64,000 bases of DNA, taken from the NCBI RefSeq assembly GCF_001194135.2, contig NC_068985.1, positions 16,169,464 to 16,233,463 of the forward strand, in the 5' to 3' direction. Below are positions 36,580-50,640 of the stretch, in pieces. Made by a program: the position numbers and the translations under genes. The notes beneath the pieces are model-generated. The model did not search any database and was not told the origin of the DNA. It saw only the letters and a list, made by a program, of their open reading frames with translations. The stretch is from Octopus bimaculoides (lineage: Eukaryota). Position 1 is the stretch's first letter; the number at the start of each line of letters is the position of its first letter.

Positions 36580-36801
36580 ATGAAATAGCATGCAATGCCT
36601 TGATACGGACACTGGTAGTAGAATCATTGTCCAATACATCCATCATTGTGTTGAGTAACTCAGAATCTAATACTGCCTTCTGACAGAATGGGTTATTTTG
36701 AACAAGGGCTGCAATAAGGTCGAGTGTCCTCCAGCGTAATTCTGAATTAGGATCATGAAGAAGACTGGGCAGGATCTCAAAACCTCCAATTTTAAAGAAA
36801 T
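36580..36801 (-). CDS. HSPBP1: HSPBP1 coding exon 3, armadillo repeats (DFFKIGGFEILPSLL...RIKALHAIS)
   Basis: Inside ORF 36449..36877. Acceptor TTATTCTAG|AT, donor T|GTAAGA, 222 nt (phase 1 to 1). Matches human DFCQLSG...LRWRAAQLIGTCSQN...TVRVKALFAISC. Confidence 0.95.
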
Positions 36802-37366
36802 CTAGAATAAAGAGAAAACACAAAAATATGATGTAATTATAATTCTCAAACAAATTAACTAAAAAAGATATTTTCAAGATAAAAGAATTCTTAACAAAGA
36901 CAAAAAAACCCCACCCAAACGGTCAATGACATCAATCCCAAGTACCTGACGAATTCTTTATTTTATATAGACAGTAAGCCTCATAGGTTATCTAACTTTG
37001 GAAATGCAGGATCAACTACACCCACCCAGGGTATATAGGATGAGTTACACTGCATCTACAAGGATATAATATGGATTACAGTTGGCTTCAGCTGGCCTCT
37101 ACTCCTGATTATATTTGTACCACTCCCAGAACATTTTATGCATTTACCCTGGGCAATGCCCTTCTCCATGGGTGCACAGTGCATTCCCCACTACTGTGGA
37201 CTTGGTTGATCTGTTGACTTGTGGAGCTTATGAGCCTTCATAATATACTTTGATCTCTTATGTTATTTCAGTGTTTGCGTATTCACAGATATACACACGT
37301 GTATATGTTAATGCACATGTGTGTATATTTTGATGTACATGTAGAGGTTTTTGAGTGTATATGTAA

Positions 37367-37413
<47 letters not shown>

Positions 37414-37459
37414 ATATGTGTATGATTGTATTTTGTATGTATATACAGATATACTCTTT

Positions 37460-37830
37460 ACTCTTTTATTTGTTTCAGTCATTTCACTGTCGCCATGCTG
37501 CAGCACTGCCTTTAGTCGAGCAAATCGACCCCAGGACTTATTCTTTGTAAGCCTAGTACTTATTCAATCGGTCTCTTTTGCCGAACTGCTAAGTTTCAGG
37601 GACGTAAATACAACAGCATCAGTTGTCAAGCGATGTTGAGGGGACAAACACAGACACACACACACATATATACGACGGGCTTCTTTCAGTTTCTGTCTAC
37701 TAAATACACTCACAAGGCTTTGGTCGGCCCGAGGCTATAGTTGAAGACACTTGCCCAAGGTGCCACGCAGCGGGACTGAACCTGGAACCATGTGGTACAT
37801 AAGCAAGCTACTTACCACACAGCCACTCCT
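37460..37830 (-). mobile_element. SINE family A, full length, inverted relative to 38022-38395
   Basis: Reverse-complement match along its length to the adjacent plus-strand copy. Confidence 0.85.
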
Positions 37831-38021
37831 ACTTTACTCCTTTTTATATATTTGTGTATGTATGTATGTATATTATATTTTATATGCATATATATGTATT
37901 GTCTTACACTGGATACTGAAGTGCAGTATAGAACCCATTACTCAGCCCAATTTTGGCTGCATGTCACACTTTACTGTGTCCCTTTTTTTGATACATATAC
38001 ATCATCAAAATACATATGCAC

Positions 38022-38395
38022 AGGAGTGGCTGTATGGTGAGAAGCTTGCTTCCCAACCACATGGCTCCAGGTTCAGTCCCACTGTGTGGTACCTTGGGCA
38101 AGTGTCGTCTACTATAGCCTCAAGTCAACCAAAGCCTTGAGTGGATTCGGTAGGTGGAAACTGAAAGAAGCCTGTCAAATATATATATATGTATTTGTAT
38201 GTTTGTGTTTGCCACCTCACCATCGTTTGACAACCAAAGCTGGTGTGTTTACGTCCCTGTAACTTAGCAGTTCAGCAAAAGAGACCGATAGAATAAGTAA
38301 TAGGCTTACAAAGAATAAGCCCTGGGGTCGATTTGTGCGACTAAAAGCAGTGCTCCGGCATGGCCGCAGTTAAATGACTGAAACAAGTAAAAGAA
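38022..38395 (+). mobile_element. tRNA-derived SINE (family A), full length; other copies or parts near 760-1185, 2340-2800, 5110-5490, 7458-7545, 21960-22120, 32250-32420, 44100-44880, 46810-46975 and 52790-52920
   Basis: GGAGTGGCTGTATGGTGAGAAGCTTGCTTCCCAACCACATGG head, CORE-like ACCTTGGGCAAGTG, 3' TGACTGAAACAAGTAAAAGA. Many dispersed copies in the window. Confidence 0.85.
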
Positions 38396-38588
38396 TATAT
38401 ATCATTACTGTTCTTGGCTCACATGGGGCAGTTGGAATTTTGTTGAGGCAGGTTTTCTACAACCAGAGGTCCTTCCTGTCACTAACATTCACTGTTTCCA
38501 AGAGAGATAATACTTTGCTATAACCAGACATGTTTTTAAGGAAGATTGGGTATGAAGTACAACAATGTTTATATATTAGAACAAATAT

Positions 38589-39180
38589 AACAAGAGCACT
38601 CAGAGAGCGCAAACCTCCACCAAGGCAATACCAACGTCCTCTCAATGATTAGCCAGAGATGATTTTTAAAACGAGAATATCTGAAATAAACTCGACTGTT
38701 TTCACAAGTATGAATACTAAAAATGAACCCGACCACTCTCAAAACTTAAGTAAAAAAACTGGAAAAATAATCCAGAATCTTTGTCCGGTACCTGATCAAT
38801 CCCAATGGTAGTCATGGAATGTGAAGGTGGCTATAGAAAATTTAGTAACAGCAATAAATAGCTTTTCCTTATCTAATACAAGCCAAAGTTAACAAATTCA
38901 CCATTCAAAACAGTTACAGCCTAAAGGGAGATAATTGAGAAAGACTTGAAAGTTAACATAAGCTCGTAATCACGTAAAGTAAATATAACAAATAATCCAG
39001 AATCCTTGTCCAGTGCTGAATCGATCCCAAAATCTAATCAGTTCATGCCAGTCACAAGGCCAAACATTCCTGAAAGTTTCATCCGAATCCATCCAGCAGT
39101 TCTTGAGCTATCTTGTTCATGGACAAACAAACAAATGTAACTGAAAGCAATACTTCCGCCTTCGCTAAGGCAGAGGTAAT
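38589..39180 (+). mobile_element. Helentron/HINE-like non-autonomous element
   Basis: 5' AACAAGAGCACTCAGAGAGCGCAAACCTCCACCAAGGC and 3' hairpin CTTCCGCCTT-cgct-AAGGCAGAGG in a T/A context, with matching subterminal inverted motifs. Confidence 0.55.
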
Positions 39181-39310
39181 AATTGTTAATCCAACAAAGA
39201 AAACCTCTCTGCAATTGCCAGACCTGCTAAAAATATCAGCCAAATACCACCATATCATTTTAAAATACGGAGAGGACACTTTCAATAATGAAATCAGTCC
39301 TAGATATCAT

Positions 39311-39525
39311 TAAACCATTTGATACTAACCCACCGGAGAATGCCCTTCGTTCTATGATAGAAACTTCTTGTTTTAAGAATTATCTAAATTTTAACCTTCC
39401 AGCAAAATTTTTGTTAATTTATATTCCAAACTTCAGCTAAGAATGAGAAAATTATTTTACAAAATTCAGCATTAATTGTAAAAAAGGAAGGGTATTTCAA
39501 TAAAACTTTGGAAAGGAAAGGGTTA
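39311..39525. mobile_element. piggyBac-like (TTAA) MITE; a related SINE-interrupted copy lies at ~40711-41060
   Basis: Ends in AAAGGG|TTAA, and the second copy begins TTAA|CCCTTT. The two share internal sequence (AAACTTCTTGTTTTAA...). Confidence 0.45.
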
Positions 39526-40072
39526 AACTGATGGGTCAGGGCTAAATAACAGCAACAGTAATGACAATATGAAAACAGTATTAGTTCTTATCAATGCAAA
39601 ACAAGTAAAAGTGTAAATGTATAAGAATTCAAATTGGCAGATGACAAAAGCAGAACTCAAGAGATGAAGGCAGTTTTTTTTACATATTTGATAACAGAGC
39701 TACTTTGTTCAACTGAATTCAAAAACTCTATATAGTTTCTGTAGAAATAGTGGCATCAAATTTTGGCACACGGCCAGCTATTTTGGGGAGGAGTAAGTCA
39801 ATTACATCAACCCCAGTGTCTAACTGGTACTTATTTTATCGATCCCGAAAGAAAGAAAGGCAAAGTCAACCTCAGTGGAATTTGAACTCAAAATGTAAGG
39901 ACAGACGAAATGCTATGAGGAATTTTGCCTGGCATACAAATGATTCTACCATCTTGCTGCCTTAGTTTCTGTAGAAATATTTATTGAAAGTTCCTAAACT
40001 TAGGATAAGGTGCCATAGCCATGAAAAGGAAAGAACTCTTAGCATAAGAAAAATGAATTGAATATCACTTAC

Positions 40073-40244
40073 CAATTGCAAAATCTATATATTCACACCA
40101 TTCAAGCAATTCTTCAAGAGCAGCCTCCTTGTCATCATCTTCATTTTCACTATTTGGAGACTTTAGAATACGGATACATTCTTTCATACGCCTAACAGGA
40201 CTCTCAGTCAAGCTATTGAGTGCTCCTTCCAGCCATTCACGATC
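40073..40244 (-). CDS. HSPBP1: HSPBP1 coding exon 2 (DREWLEGALNSLTESPVRRMKECIRILKSPNSENEDDDKEAALEELLEWCEYIDFAI)
   Basis: Not in the ORF track; read by hand. Acceptor CTTTATCTTTTAG|GAT, donor G|GTAAGT, 172 nt (phase 0 to 1). Matches human ERRQWLQEAM...EQMKSCLRVL...EGALELLADLCENMDNA. Confidence 0.92.
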
Positions 40245-42289
40245 CTAAAAGATAAAGAAGACAGAAAAATGGTTAATCAAAATTAGATTTTATTATTTAT
40301 ATCTTTAAATAGAAGCAGCTATCTTTCTGATTTATTCAAAGAGACTATTAATATTCAGGTAATTCATAAATGAAATTATTATGAAAGAAAGAAATCATAA
40401 ATAAACGACAACAACGATGATTTCAAACTAAATTTAAAATCTTTTATGTCAAAATCTATACTAGTTATATAAAACATTGAAAAAATGTAATTCTGTTTAT
40501 GAAATGCTTAAAGCAAAGTTGTAATGCATTCAGTTTCATGAACAAATTATAAAATAAATCAGAATTTGTTTCATAAGACCAAAATATTATTTGCAAAAAG
40601 GAAATATTACATTTTTTTGTATAGTCTTCAATAAGTTTCTCACCTTTTTACAAACTTACCCTCAATATATTCTGAGTACTGGACCCTCAAAAGGAGAATA
40701 TTAACTCTCTTAACCCTTTTCATACCAACCAACCAAGGACTGCCTTAGTTTCTTTCTTCTTTTTTTAAAAATAAACTTCTTGTTTTAAATTAAAACTTTC
40801 CATCAAAGTTTCATATTAATTTGTCCCAAACACTAGCTTAAAGGAGTCCTTTTTACCTGCAATTTTAGGGAAGGAGTAAGTTGATTACGCCAACCCCAGT
40901 GTTCAACTGGCACTTTTTTTATTGACAGATAAAGCTGACCCCAGCAGAATTTGAATTCAGAGCATTGAAAGACAGAAGATACGCTACTAAGCATTTTGTC
41001 TGACACCTTAACAGAACTGTCAGCTTGCAACTTTACACCAGCTTAATAATGACAACCTTCATCATCATCATCATCATCGTTTAACGTCCGCTTTCCATGC
41101 TAGCATGGGTTGGACGATTTGACTCAAATTCTTCATTATCTTTTAAATGAATTGAAACAAAGGCAATGCATTGCAACAGCAATATGGTAACAAAAATCAT
41201 TTTGTAAGGACACTCAAAAAACTCTGCTAAACAGTATGGATTCCTTACCAGATTCTTCCTCTTACATTTTGAAATTACACTAATTCAAATTGGAAATTAA
41301 AAAAAGAAAAGCTTTTTTTAATTTTTTTATTTTCCACTAAAGCAGTACATTAAATATAATCAATCCACACATATGCAGTATAAAAGATTGCAGCCAGCAA
41401 AAGACTAATCCAGTATTGCAGAGACTACCTATTTACATCATGGAGAACTGTAAAATCATCATCATTGTTTTTACATGTGCTTTTTCTATAACATGGACTG
41501 GACAAGATTTCTTGAGGCAGCATGCTATGACCAGATGCACTTCCAGACTTGTTTTTCAAGCAAGGTACTTTTTCACTGGTCTTTCATTGAAACCACAAGG
41601 TTCAGTTATACATGTTGCCAACTATCACTGTCCTTTATCACCTCCTTTGAGATCAGACTTCACCACTACATTCTAGGTTTCCCTCTTTCACGGATTCCAT
41701 CAGTTCATATACTGTATAAGTCATCCAATTGCACATAAAATTATACTTCTTATATACTACTGACTTTATGAGCAAAGGTTGATAAGTTAATTGATATAAA
41801 TTAATGATAATCAATAATGATCAATGTTGATGATTAACACATAAAGCGTGACGGGTCACAATCGTGGCCATCAGGCACAGGTCGACAGGCCACGATCATG
41901 ACTCAGATAGATGCATTTAATTTATGGGCGTTTGTTGGGGTCTAATGTCACTCAAACACCCTTTTGAGTTTTCTAGTTTCTAATTCAGTTTCTTTTATAT
42001 GTCCTAAAACTTCTGCAGTTTTTTTTCATTAGATTATTATTTGTTTCTTTAGGTAATGCAATAAATTTGTGTTCAAAAAAAAATTACTTAAAAAACATTT
42101 ATATACTACAAAAGTTATTAAATGCAAAAGGGGCATTACTTCTGCTTTCTTTCTTCCTATCAGCCCCTTCACACTTACTTTGCTCATTCCACTTTTCGTT
42201 CTTTCATTCCCCCTCCTCTCTCCTCTTTCACTTCACTCTGTCCCTTCCATTTTTTTTTCACCCCTCCTTAATTCTTCTATCCCTCTGCC

Positions 42290-42720
42290 TCTATCTCTCT
42301 CTTCTCTCCCCACGTGACCAGTGTTCTGCCAAGCTTGACCGTTCTTTCTTGGTTCAACTACCATACGTGCAACATCTATATTCCTCCTTGTACCTGTCAA
42401 ATCTTATGCCCCTGTTGTAAGGCTTTACTTCCACACATGCCAGCTTAATTTAATTTGTCCTTAGTCAAAAGACGCCTGTTGTTATGTCCTGTTATTTGTA
42501 TTTGTGTACCATTTCTCCGTTTTTGCCGTCCTTGTTTTCGTATACATTTGCTTGCTTTCTTCCAAGGAATCTAGTGCTCTTAGCTTAGTTTTTCCTTGGG
42601 GCTGGCCAGATTGGAGCAATCTTAAGTATAACTAGCCAAAATTGCAAAGATAATCTGAAACTTGACTGAGGAAAGAAAACTCCAAATGACACGTCCTTGT
42701 TTTCTTTGTATCGTCTGTCT
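42290..42720. mobile_element. Copy of the 11290-12240 Penelope-like repeat family in HSPBP1 intron 1
   Basis: Shares CCAGCTTAATTTAATTTGTCCTTAGTCAAAAGAC...GGCCAGATTGGAGCA with 11840-12020. Confidence 0.65.
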
Positions 42721-42746
42721 AAATATAGCGGTGTACGCACACTTTG

Positions 42747-42807
<61 letters not shown>

Positions 42808-44251
42808 GCATATGTATTATTTTTCACCAGTTTCAGCTCGAGAGCTGCCGCCATGCTGGGGCACTGTTGTTAGCTTTGCAACACTTTCACTAAACCTCTA
42901 ATATATGGCATTTGATGAATGAGGAAGTTTGACATTGTTGACATTGCTGCCCTCATCTGCATTTCTTGCCACAAGGTAGGTTCATCCGGAACTCTTAACA
43001 GGAGATTCAGTTTTATTTTGAAGATGCCTACATCCACCCCATGTAGGTTCTCTCAGGTTTTGAAAGGAGAATAGTGCTGCTTGCATGGGTTAAACAGAAT
43101 TTGTTGACGCAGATTTTCTCCTATTTCCTGTTATCCACACTCACTTGTTTCCAAACAAGGTAATGTTTCCTCATAGACAGACATGTTTTGCATGAACGAC
43201 TGGAAACAACATCACATGTATAGCAGTGATGCTCGTTTACAACCAACATATGATGTCAACACAATAGTATACACAAACACACATAAATATATATAATAGA
43301 CTTCTATCAGTTTCTGTCTACCAGATCAACTCACAAGGCTTAAGCTGGCCCAGGGCTATAGTAGGAGTGTATGTACATATATCATCATCATCAAACGTCC
43401 GCTTTCCATGCTAGCATGGGTTGGATGATTTGACTGGTGAACCAGATGGCTACACCAGACTCCAATCTGATCTGGCAGAGTTTCTACAGCTGGATGCCCT
43501 TCCTAACGCCAACCACTCCGAGAGTGTAGTGGGTGCTTTTTACAAGAACTTACTGTGATACAGAGAGAAAGAGAGAGTGAGAGAGAGTAAGAGAGAGTGA
43601 GAGTGAGTGTGTGATACACACATCATCATCATCATCATCATCATTGTTTAACGTCCACCTTCCATGCTAGCATGAGTTGGACGATTTGACTGAGGACTAG
43701 TGAACCAGAAGGCTGCACCAGGCTCACACACATATACACCAAGAAATGAGGTGTTCATGGTTGGAATGCTTTTGGCTACAGAATTAATAACAGCAACAAA
43801 TTCTACCATCCATCTACTTCGACTGAATATTAATGGTAGCACAGCATCATTTTATAGTCCAGAGTTTGAACACTAAAATTCCAGCTATCCACATCTGACT
43901 GTACAGAGCAACTGCAGTCAAGTGCTGAAATGAAACGAAGGAAGTCACACAGATTTGTGAAAGCGTATAAAAGTTAACAGGACCATGGGCAACAAATTCT
44001 GTCCATTTTTCTTTTCTTTTTATAACAATAGTTCTCTCAACTGAAATATATATTGCAGATGAAAAGAAATTTAAGAACCATTCTAAATAATTATTAGTCA
44101 TGGCTGTGAGGAAAGAAGTTAGTATTCCAACCACATGGTTCCAGGCTCACTCCCACTGCATGACAACTTGGGCAAGTGTCTTCTACTATAGCCTCGGGCT
44201 GGCTAAAGCCTTGAGTGGATTTGGTAAATGGAAAATGACAGAAGCCCATTG

Positions 44252-44323
<72 letters not shown>

Positions 44324-45968
44324 AACACATACATATATATCTCATCATCATCAGTGTTTAACGTCCACTTTCCATGCTGTCATGGGTTGGACAGTTTGAC
44401 TGAAGATTGGAAAACTAAGCGGCTGCACCAGGCTTCAATCTGATTTGGCAAGGTTTCTACAGCTGGACGCCCTTCCTAATGCCAATCACTTCGAGAGTAT
44501 AGTGGGTGCTTTCTACATGCCACTGGTGCGGGGGCCAGTCAGGTAGCACTGGCATCGACCACACTCAAATGGTGCTTTTTACGTGCCACCAGCATGGGAG
44601 CCAGCCAGATGGCACTGATATATATACACACACACTCACACACATATATATTTGTGTGTGTGTGTGTGTGTCTTTATGTCTGCCCCTTCTCCGCCACTTG
44701 ACGACTGGTGTTGATTTATGTGTTTATGTCCTTGTAACTTAGCAGCTTGACAAAAGAAACTGATAGAATAAGTACCAGGCTTTAAAAAAAAATAAGTAAC
44801 AAGACTGATACATTCGACCAAAAATTTCTTGAGGTGGTGTCCCAGCATGGCCAGTCTAATGACTGAAACAAGTAAAAAAAAAATCTCTAAAACAATGGAA
44901 CTGCACTACATACAGAATACAAAATATGTTGAGTTTATTTATTTCTTTTTTTTTTGTTTACATGAAATAAAGATTTATTTTTATTTCAGGTTTTGCTAAA
45001 TACCATTTTAGTCACCTGTGGTGTGTGACTAAGAATGATTTTACCTATTTCACAAAGATGATGTTTTTCAAATTCATGTCAAATGGTCTATGCGATTTAG
45101 TCTATAATAGAATCTAACCATTTCATTTATTAATTATGCGCGTAAATATTACGGGAACTGAATATACATGAAGAAATCATCATTACATTTGACTTGTATA
45201 AAAATATTTTTTCTTCAATTCCATTAACTACTCAAAATTGAAATTTTAAAATCATTATTTCATCGATTTCAAAATCACCAGACAACACACACACACACAC
45301 GCATATTGCATACACATACACGTCTAGCCTTGTGAAAACAGTATTGAAAATGATTTCATCTACATATGGATACATCGAAAACCTTGTGACTAGAAGAAAA
45401 ATCAATAAAATCACATTAACATAATCTACGTCACTCAGATACAACTTACTCGAATTTATATCAGAAATATTGAACATTATCTACAAGACAAGTCAAGTGA
45501 TATAAAAACTACTATAAAAAATCATATTTAGTAAATATCAAATGTACAAAATATATATATCACATTAAATCTATGCAAAATATTGATTGATTTTGTTACC
45601 AATCTATTACGCTACTTTAAAGTCCATTCATAAAAATTCATTCATACATTTTCCATTCACAAATTCATCACATGATCAACCCCAAGGTCGAGGTAGAAAG
45701 GCTCACAGATACAGAAACAAATTTAGGAGTTACCATACACAAAGACACATACATAAATGCTTATACTTTTTTTTTTATATAGATACATACACAGATGATG
45801 TACATATACATAGGTATGTGTATATACATAAATATATTGATACATACAAATAAATACATACACACTCACACACATATATATACACATACATACATAAACA
45901 CATATATATACATATACACATACATACACACATACAAATATATATATATGCCTATATATATTTATATA

Positions 45969-46001
<33 letters not shown>

Positions 46002-46677
46002 NNNNNNNNNNNNNNNNNNNNNNNNNNNNNNNNNNNNNNNNNNNNNNNNNNNNNNNNNNNNNNNNNNNNNNNNNNNNNNNNNNNNNNNNNNNNNNNNNNN
46101 NNNNNNNNNNNNNNNNNNNNNNNNNNNNNNNNNNNNNNNNNNNNNNNNNNNNNNNNNNNNNNNNNNNNNNNNNNNNNNNNNNNNNNNNNNNNNNNNNNNN
46201 NNNNNNNNNNNNNNNNNNNNNNNNNNNNNNNNNNNNNNNNNNNNNNNNNNNNNNNNNNNNNNNNNNNNNNNNNNNNNNNNNNNNNNNNNNNNNNNNNNNN
46301 NNNNNNNNNNNNNNNNNNNNNNNNNNNNNNNNNNNNNNNNNNNNNNNNNNNNNNNNNNNNNNNNNNNNNNNNNNNNNNNNNNNNNNNNNNNNNNNNNNNN
46401 NNNNNNNNNNNNNNNNNNNNNNNNNNNNNNNNNNNNNNNNNNNNNNNNNNNNNNNNNNNNNNNNNNNNNNNNNNNNNNNNNNNNNNNNNNNNNNNNNNNN
46501 NNNNNNNNNNNNNNNNNNNNNNNNNNNNNNNNNNNNNNNNNNNNNNNNNNNNNNNNNNNGACTGGAGCCTGGTGTTGCCATCCGGTTTCACCAGTCCTCA
46601 GTCAAATCGTCCAACCCATGCTAGCATGGAAAGCGGACGTTAAACGATGATGATGATGATATATATATATATATATA

Positions 46678-46803
46678 CAGGGTGTCCACAAAGTCTGGGT
46701 ACATGGAGTAAATAAAATCATAACATAAACAATTAAATAAAGAAATTATTATTTCTTAAAGTATGTGTTAATCCCCATGTACCCAGACTTTGTGGACACC
46801 CTG
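46678..46803. mobile_element. 126-bp Tc1/mariner-type MITE
   Basis: Perfect 29-bp TIRs (CAGGGTGTCCACAAAGTCTGGGTACATGG) with TA on both flanks. Confidence 0.9.
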
Positions 46804-48292
46804 TATATATGTTAGGGTATTTACCTTCCTGTAACTTAATGGTTCGGCAAATGAGATTGATAGATTAAGTACAGGCTTTAAAAAAAAGTACTGGGGTCGA
46901 TTCATTTGACTAAAAATCTCTCAAGGTGGTGCCCCAGCATGGTCGTAGTCTAATGACTGAAACAAGTAAAAGTTTAAAAATATGCTGCAAGTCAACTTGT
47001 GATCAAGTAAGACCACTTCCTAGACCCAGTAAGTCCATGCAAGCATTTCAAGAGTCCAAGAGTTTTCTGTGTGTGAATTTGTTTTGTGTGGATGAAGTGC
47101 TGCACAGCACCAAACTCACTTTCATGGCAAAACAGAAGTTGAGACGACCAGAAATCAACTGCCCTTCAGGTTTTGGGGTTTTATTTTTATATATAAGTTA
47201 AACTACTACTAGAAGGAAGTTCTAATGAAACTAGGGATCCTTCATTCTCAGTAGTTCACATATTAATAAAAGTAACCCATAGCTATGACCCTAAATGGCG
47301 CTACTACACCAGGTCAGAGGAGGTCTGGGAATAATAATGGTTATGAGATGGTTCCACACTCCTCAAAATCATGGAATGGCCATGTTCTTGTGTCTTCTAG
47401 TATAGCAACAAAATCCTTGTGAGGGGGCTTGGGAGACAGAAACAGTGCAGAAGACTGTCATGTGGATGTGTGTGTGTGTATGCGCACACCCCCATTAAAA
47501 TAAAAACTGGGATCAATGTGATTGGCTAAAAAGCTCAAGGCTATGCCCCAGCATGGCCACAGCTCAAAGAACAAAAGGATACACGTATACCCACACACAA
47601 TACTTATATATGATGACCGTCAACTTGTCCAAGTATAATTACTTCTTGGGGAGTTGTAAATTGTTTGGAGGTTACCATGGAAGCATGAAAACAAAGGAGA
47701 GTTGCTAGCCAGTGGGGTTTGAGGTCCAATTCTTGAAATAGGTTAACCCTGCTCATACCTTTTCCTAGGTCCTTCTTGATTAACATGTAAGCAGTGCTAC
47801 CTCTGGAAAGGGTTACTTAATCACTTAAGGGGTTGCAGAATCAGAAGCAACCAATGTCTCAAGTTATTTGGCAATAGGTTTGCAATTACATACTACCAGT
47901 TAGTCATTGCAGGGTCTTTTCCCCATCATGGGTTTTCCGAGAAGTTCCTGTGCATGAAATTGATTAATGTAAAGCATGCACTTCTTCTGGTGGCTGGAAT
48001 AATCAGAAGCTGAACAATTGCCAGGTTTTACATCAAAGTATTCTTTCTCCAGCTAAATATTCAAACAAGACCACTCCTAAGCGGTCTTTTGACATCATCA
48101 TTCACCATCACTGGTATGTGTACCCAAACAATTGCTAGAAAGTTTTGGATCCTATGCTAGGTCCATCCCTGTTTTTTGATAGGTATTGTCCTATTGTTTT
48201 TCTTGCAATACTCCTTTGTCAGGCAGGTCTGGTGGGGAGACAGATTGACCATGAAACACATTGTACTGGACATGTTACCATACATGTATATG

Positions 48293-48363
<71 letters not shown>

Positions 48364-49729
48364 TAAAATAAATGAAAAAAAAATAGAGCCATGAAACTCA
48401 AGGCAAGATATTAAATATGTTTATCATCATGATTTATGACTGAATATGGAAGACCAGAAGACCCTTTTACTTTATCTACCTTCAAAAACTTGAATGTTTT
48501 CCTCAATGCCCTTACTGTGCAGTGTTGCATGACAACTCACATTTAGAAATCCCATGGATTCAGATGTCCTGAGTTAGTAAGGTTAGACACATCAAGACAA
48601 ACACTGGAAATTTTACCTTGAAATATTCCTGAACATGCTTTTGATTCTATGCTAATGCAGATTTGGAAAAACGCAACTTCATTTGGTTCAAGATCCAACA
48701 TGATGAACTCAGCTTTACACTTCTGTCACCTACATCTCCAAGGATGGATTCAGGTTTTGCATGACAATAAGAACTTCAAAAGACTCAACTGTAATTACTC
48801 AGCAGGTATGGCAACTGAATGTCTTGGTTGACTGCAAATTTCTTTTCATTGGCAAAGAATCTCACTTGCACTTCCATGTGCTTTAAGTAGCCGAGAAGCT
48901 TTGGGACTCACTTAGTTCTAACTTTAAAACAAACTGCAAGAATTGCTACAACAGACCATTTTAAACCAGCCAGAAAGGTATGGGTATATCTGTGATCACT
49001 GTAGGTTGCCTAAGATAACAAGAGAATATTTGAAGCTTTATTGTAAATTGGTACCTTTGCATATATTGTGCCAATACTGATGCAACACTATGTGTATCAT
49101 TTTGCCAATATTTTGTCATATTGAAGCTATCACAATATGTAACACACACACACACAAAAAGTTAACTTTCCAGACTCGTTACAAGAAATTAACTCTTAAT
49201 TCACCATACTTATGGAGATAAAACATTTTTTAAATGGCCTCAATTTAGTTGTCTGACCTTGTACAAAAACGTATGTGTATATATATATATGTATGTATAC
49301 ATACATATACATGTATGTATATATACATATATATATATGTGTGTGTGTGTGTGTGTATGTATAAATACATACATATATGTGCACACATAAATGAAATTCC
49401 ATTATAACAAAGTTGATGAGGTATGAAAAACTTCACAATAATGAGACTGCCAGAAGAAATCAAAGATATTTTTATTCAAGCAGTACACAAGAATAGACAT
49501 TTAATGAAACATTTCTTTGGACCACATTCCACAATTTATTTTAAAATGTATTGTTCTCTACATTCTTACACATGGTAACAGAAAAATCAATTGTGACTTT
49601 TCATTAATTATATTTATTTTGACTTGTATACTCCAATAATATGTATTAAATTGTTTTATTATAAATTTTATATTATATACATTGTTCATGCCCCAGTTGA
49701 TATTTCTATATTGTTCGTAACTATTGTCA

Positions 49730-50640
49730 AAGACTATCAATGACCAAGTTAATTGAAGACGCCAAACAATTCTCTGCTCTTTTCTATAGAACTAAAGTTG
49801 ACTAATATTGCTGTTTGCTACCAGTTACAAGTCTTTGTGTAATAAATGTTTATTGAAAATATTGAAGATGAATTCCTCTTCTGTAAGTCACCACAGGCCA
49901 TGACCAAGTCAGCCAATGCCATGGAAATTTTTTAGGGTGAATGGTTTTGATGAAAGAAATTCTAATGAATGTCATTGCTGACAATGCACAGGCCATGCAA
50001 GGTTCAAAACCATGATTTCAAATGTTGGTGGTAAAAAAGAGATCTGTAGAAGTAATATGTATGCACTGTATATAAACTGGAAAGCCCTGTCTGCTCAGAC
50101 ATTAACAAAGGATTCGAATGCTATCATTAAAAGGGTCATTGTGTCAAACTGTCAGCACTAAATACAAGGCTCTCTTGGAAAAGAAAGCACTCAGAAGACA
50201 TTTATTGGAATCATTAACATTTTTGAAGAATTGAAGCTTCCTTAACAAGGAACGAGTGTAAATCTTTACATGAAGGCAAAAATTATATATTCCAAGAAAA
50301 GATGGCTCTTTAGACACAAAGGTTCCAAATAGGAAGTTACAATTCCTAAATCAAAGTTCCCTTACTGAACAACCACAAAAATATTAAAAAAAAAAAAAAA
50401 AATCCAGAGAGAAATCATTGAGCATTTAGTAAAGTTGAAAGAAGAGTGTGGTACCGTTTTCCTGAGCTGATCAAAGAGAATGACCTTGATGATCAACAAT
50501 CTACTGATCAACACAATTCCACAACTAATTCCAGAGGAATTTTTGGGAATTCAAGAATGATTATACTGCACAATTTCTCCACCACAGGTGTTTTATCCTT
50601 ACATGTCAAAAAGCTATTCTGGTGTTACCAATCATGCATT
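49730..50640 (+). mobile_element. hAT (Charlie/Buster-like) transposase relic
   Basis: Broken frames read EFLFCKS, ADNAQAMQGS and ICMHCI..WKALSAQTL, corresponding to DFLFC, TDGAPAM.G and HC.IHREAL of Buster/ZBED5-type proteins. Confidence 0.65.

Noticed and set aside
12450-46643. Long ORFs spanning N runs (e.g. 12450-13388, 16174-16962, 45795-46643) and HT/VC/YI-repeat ORFs
   Set aside because: Artefacts of gaps and dinucleotide microsatellites.
47700-48960. Moderately GC-rich unique-looking sequence with a CPYC..LHD..H fragment
   Set aside because: No sustained frame or assignable motif; probably an old transposon relic, but I cannot support a call.
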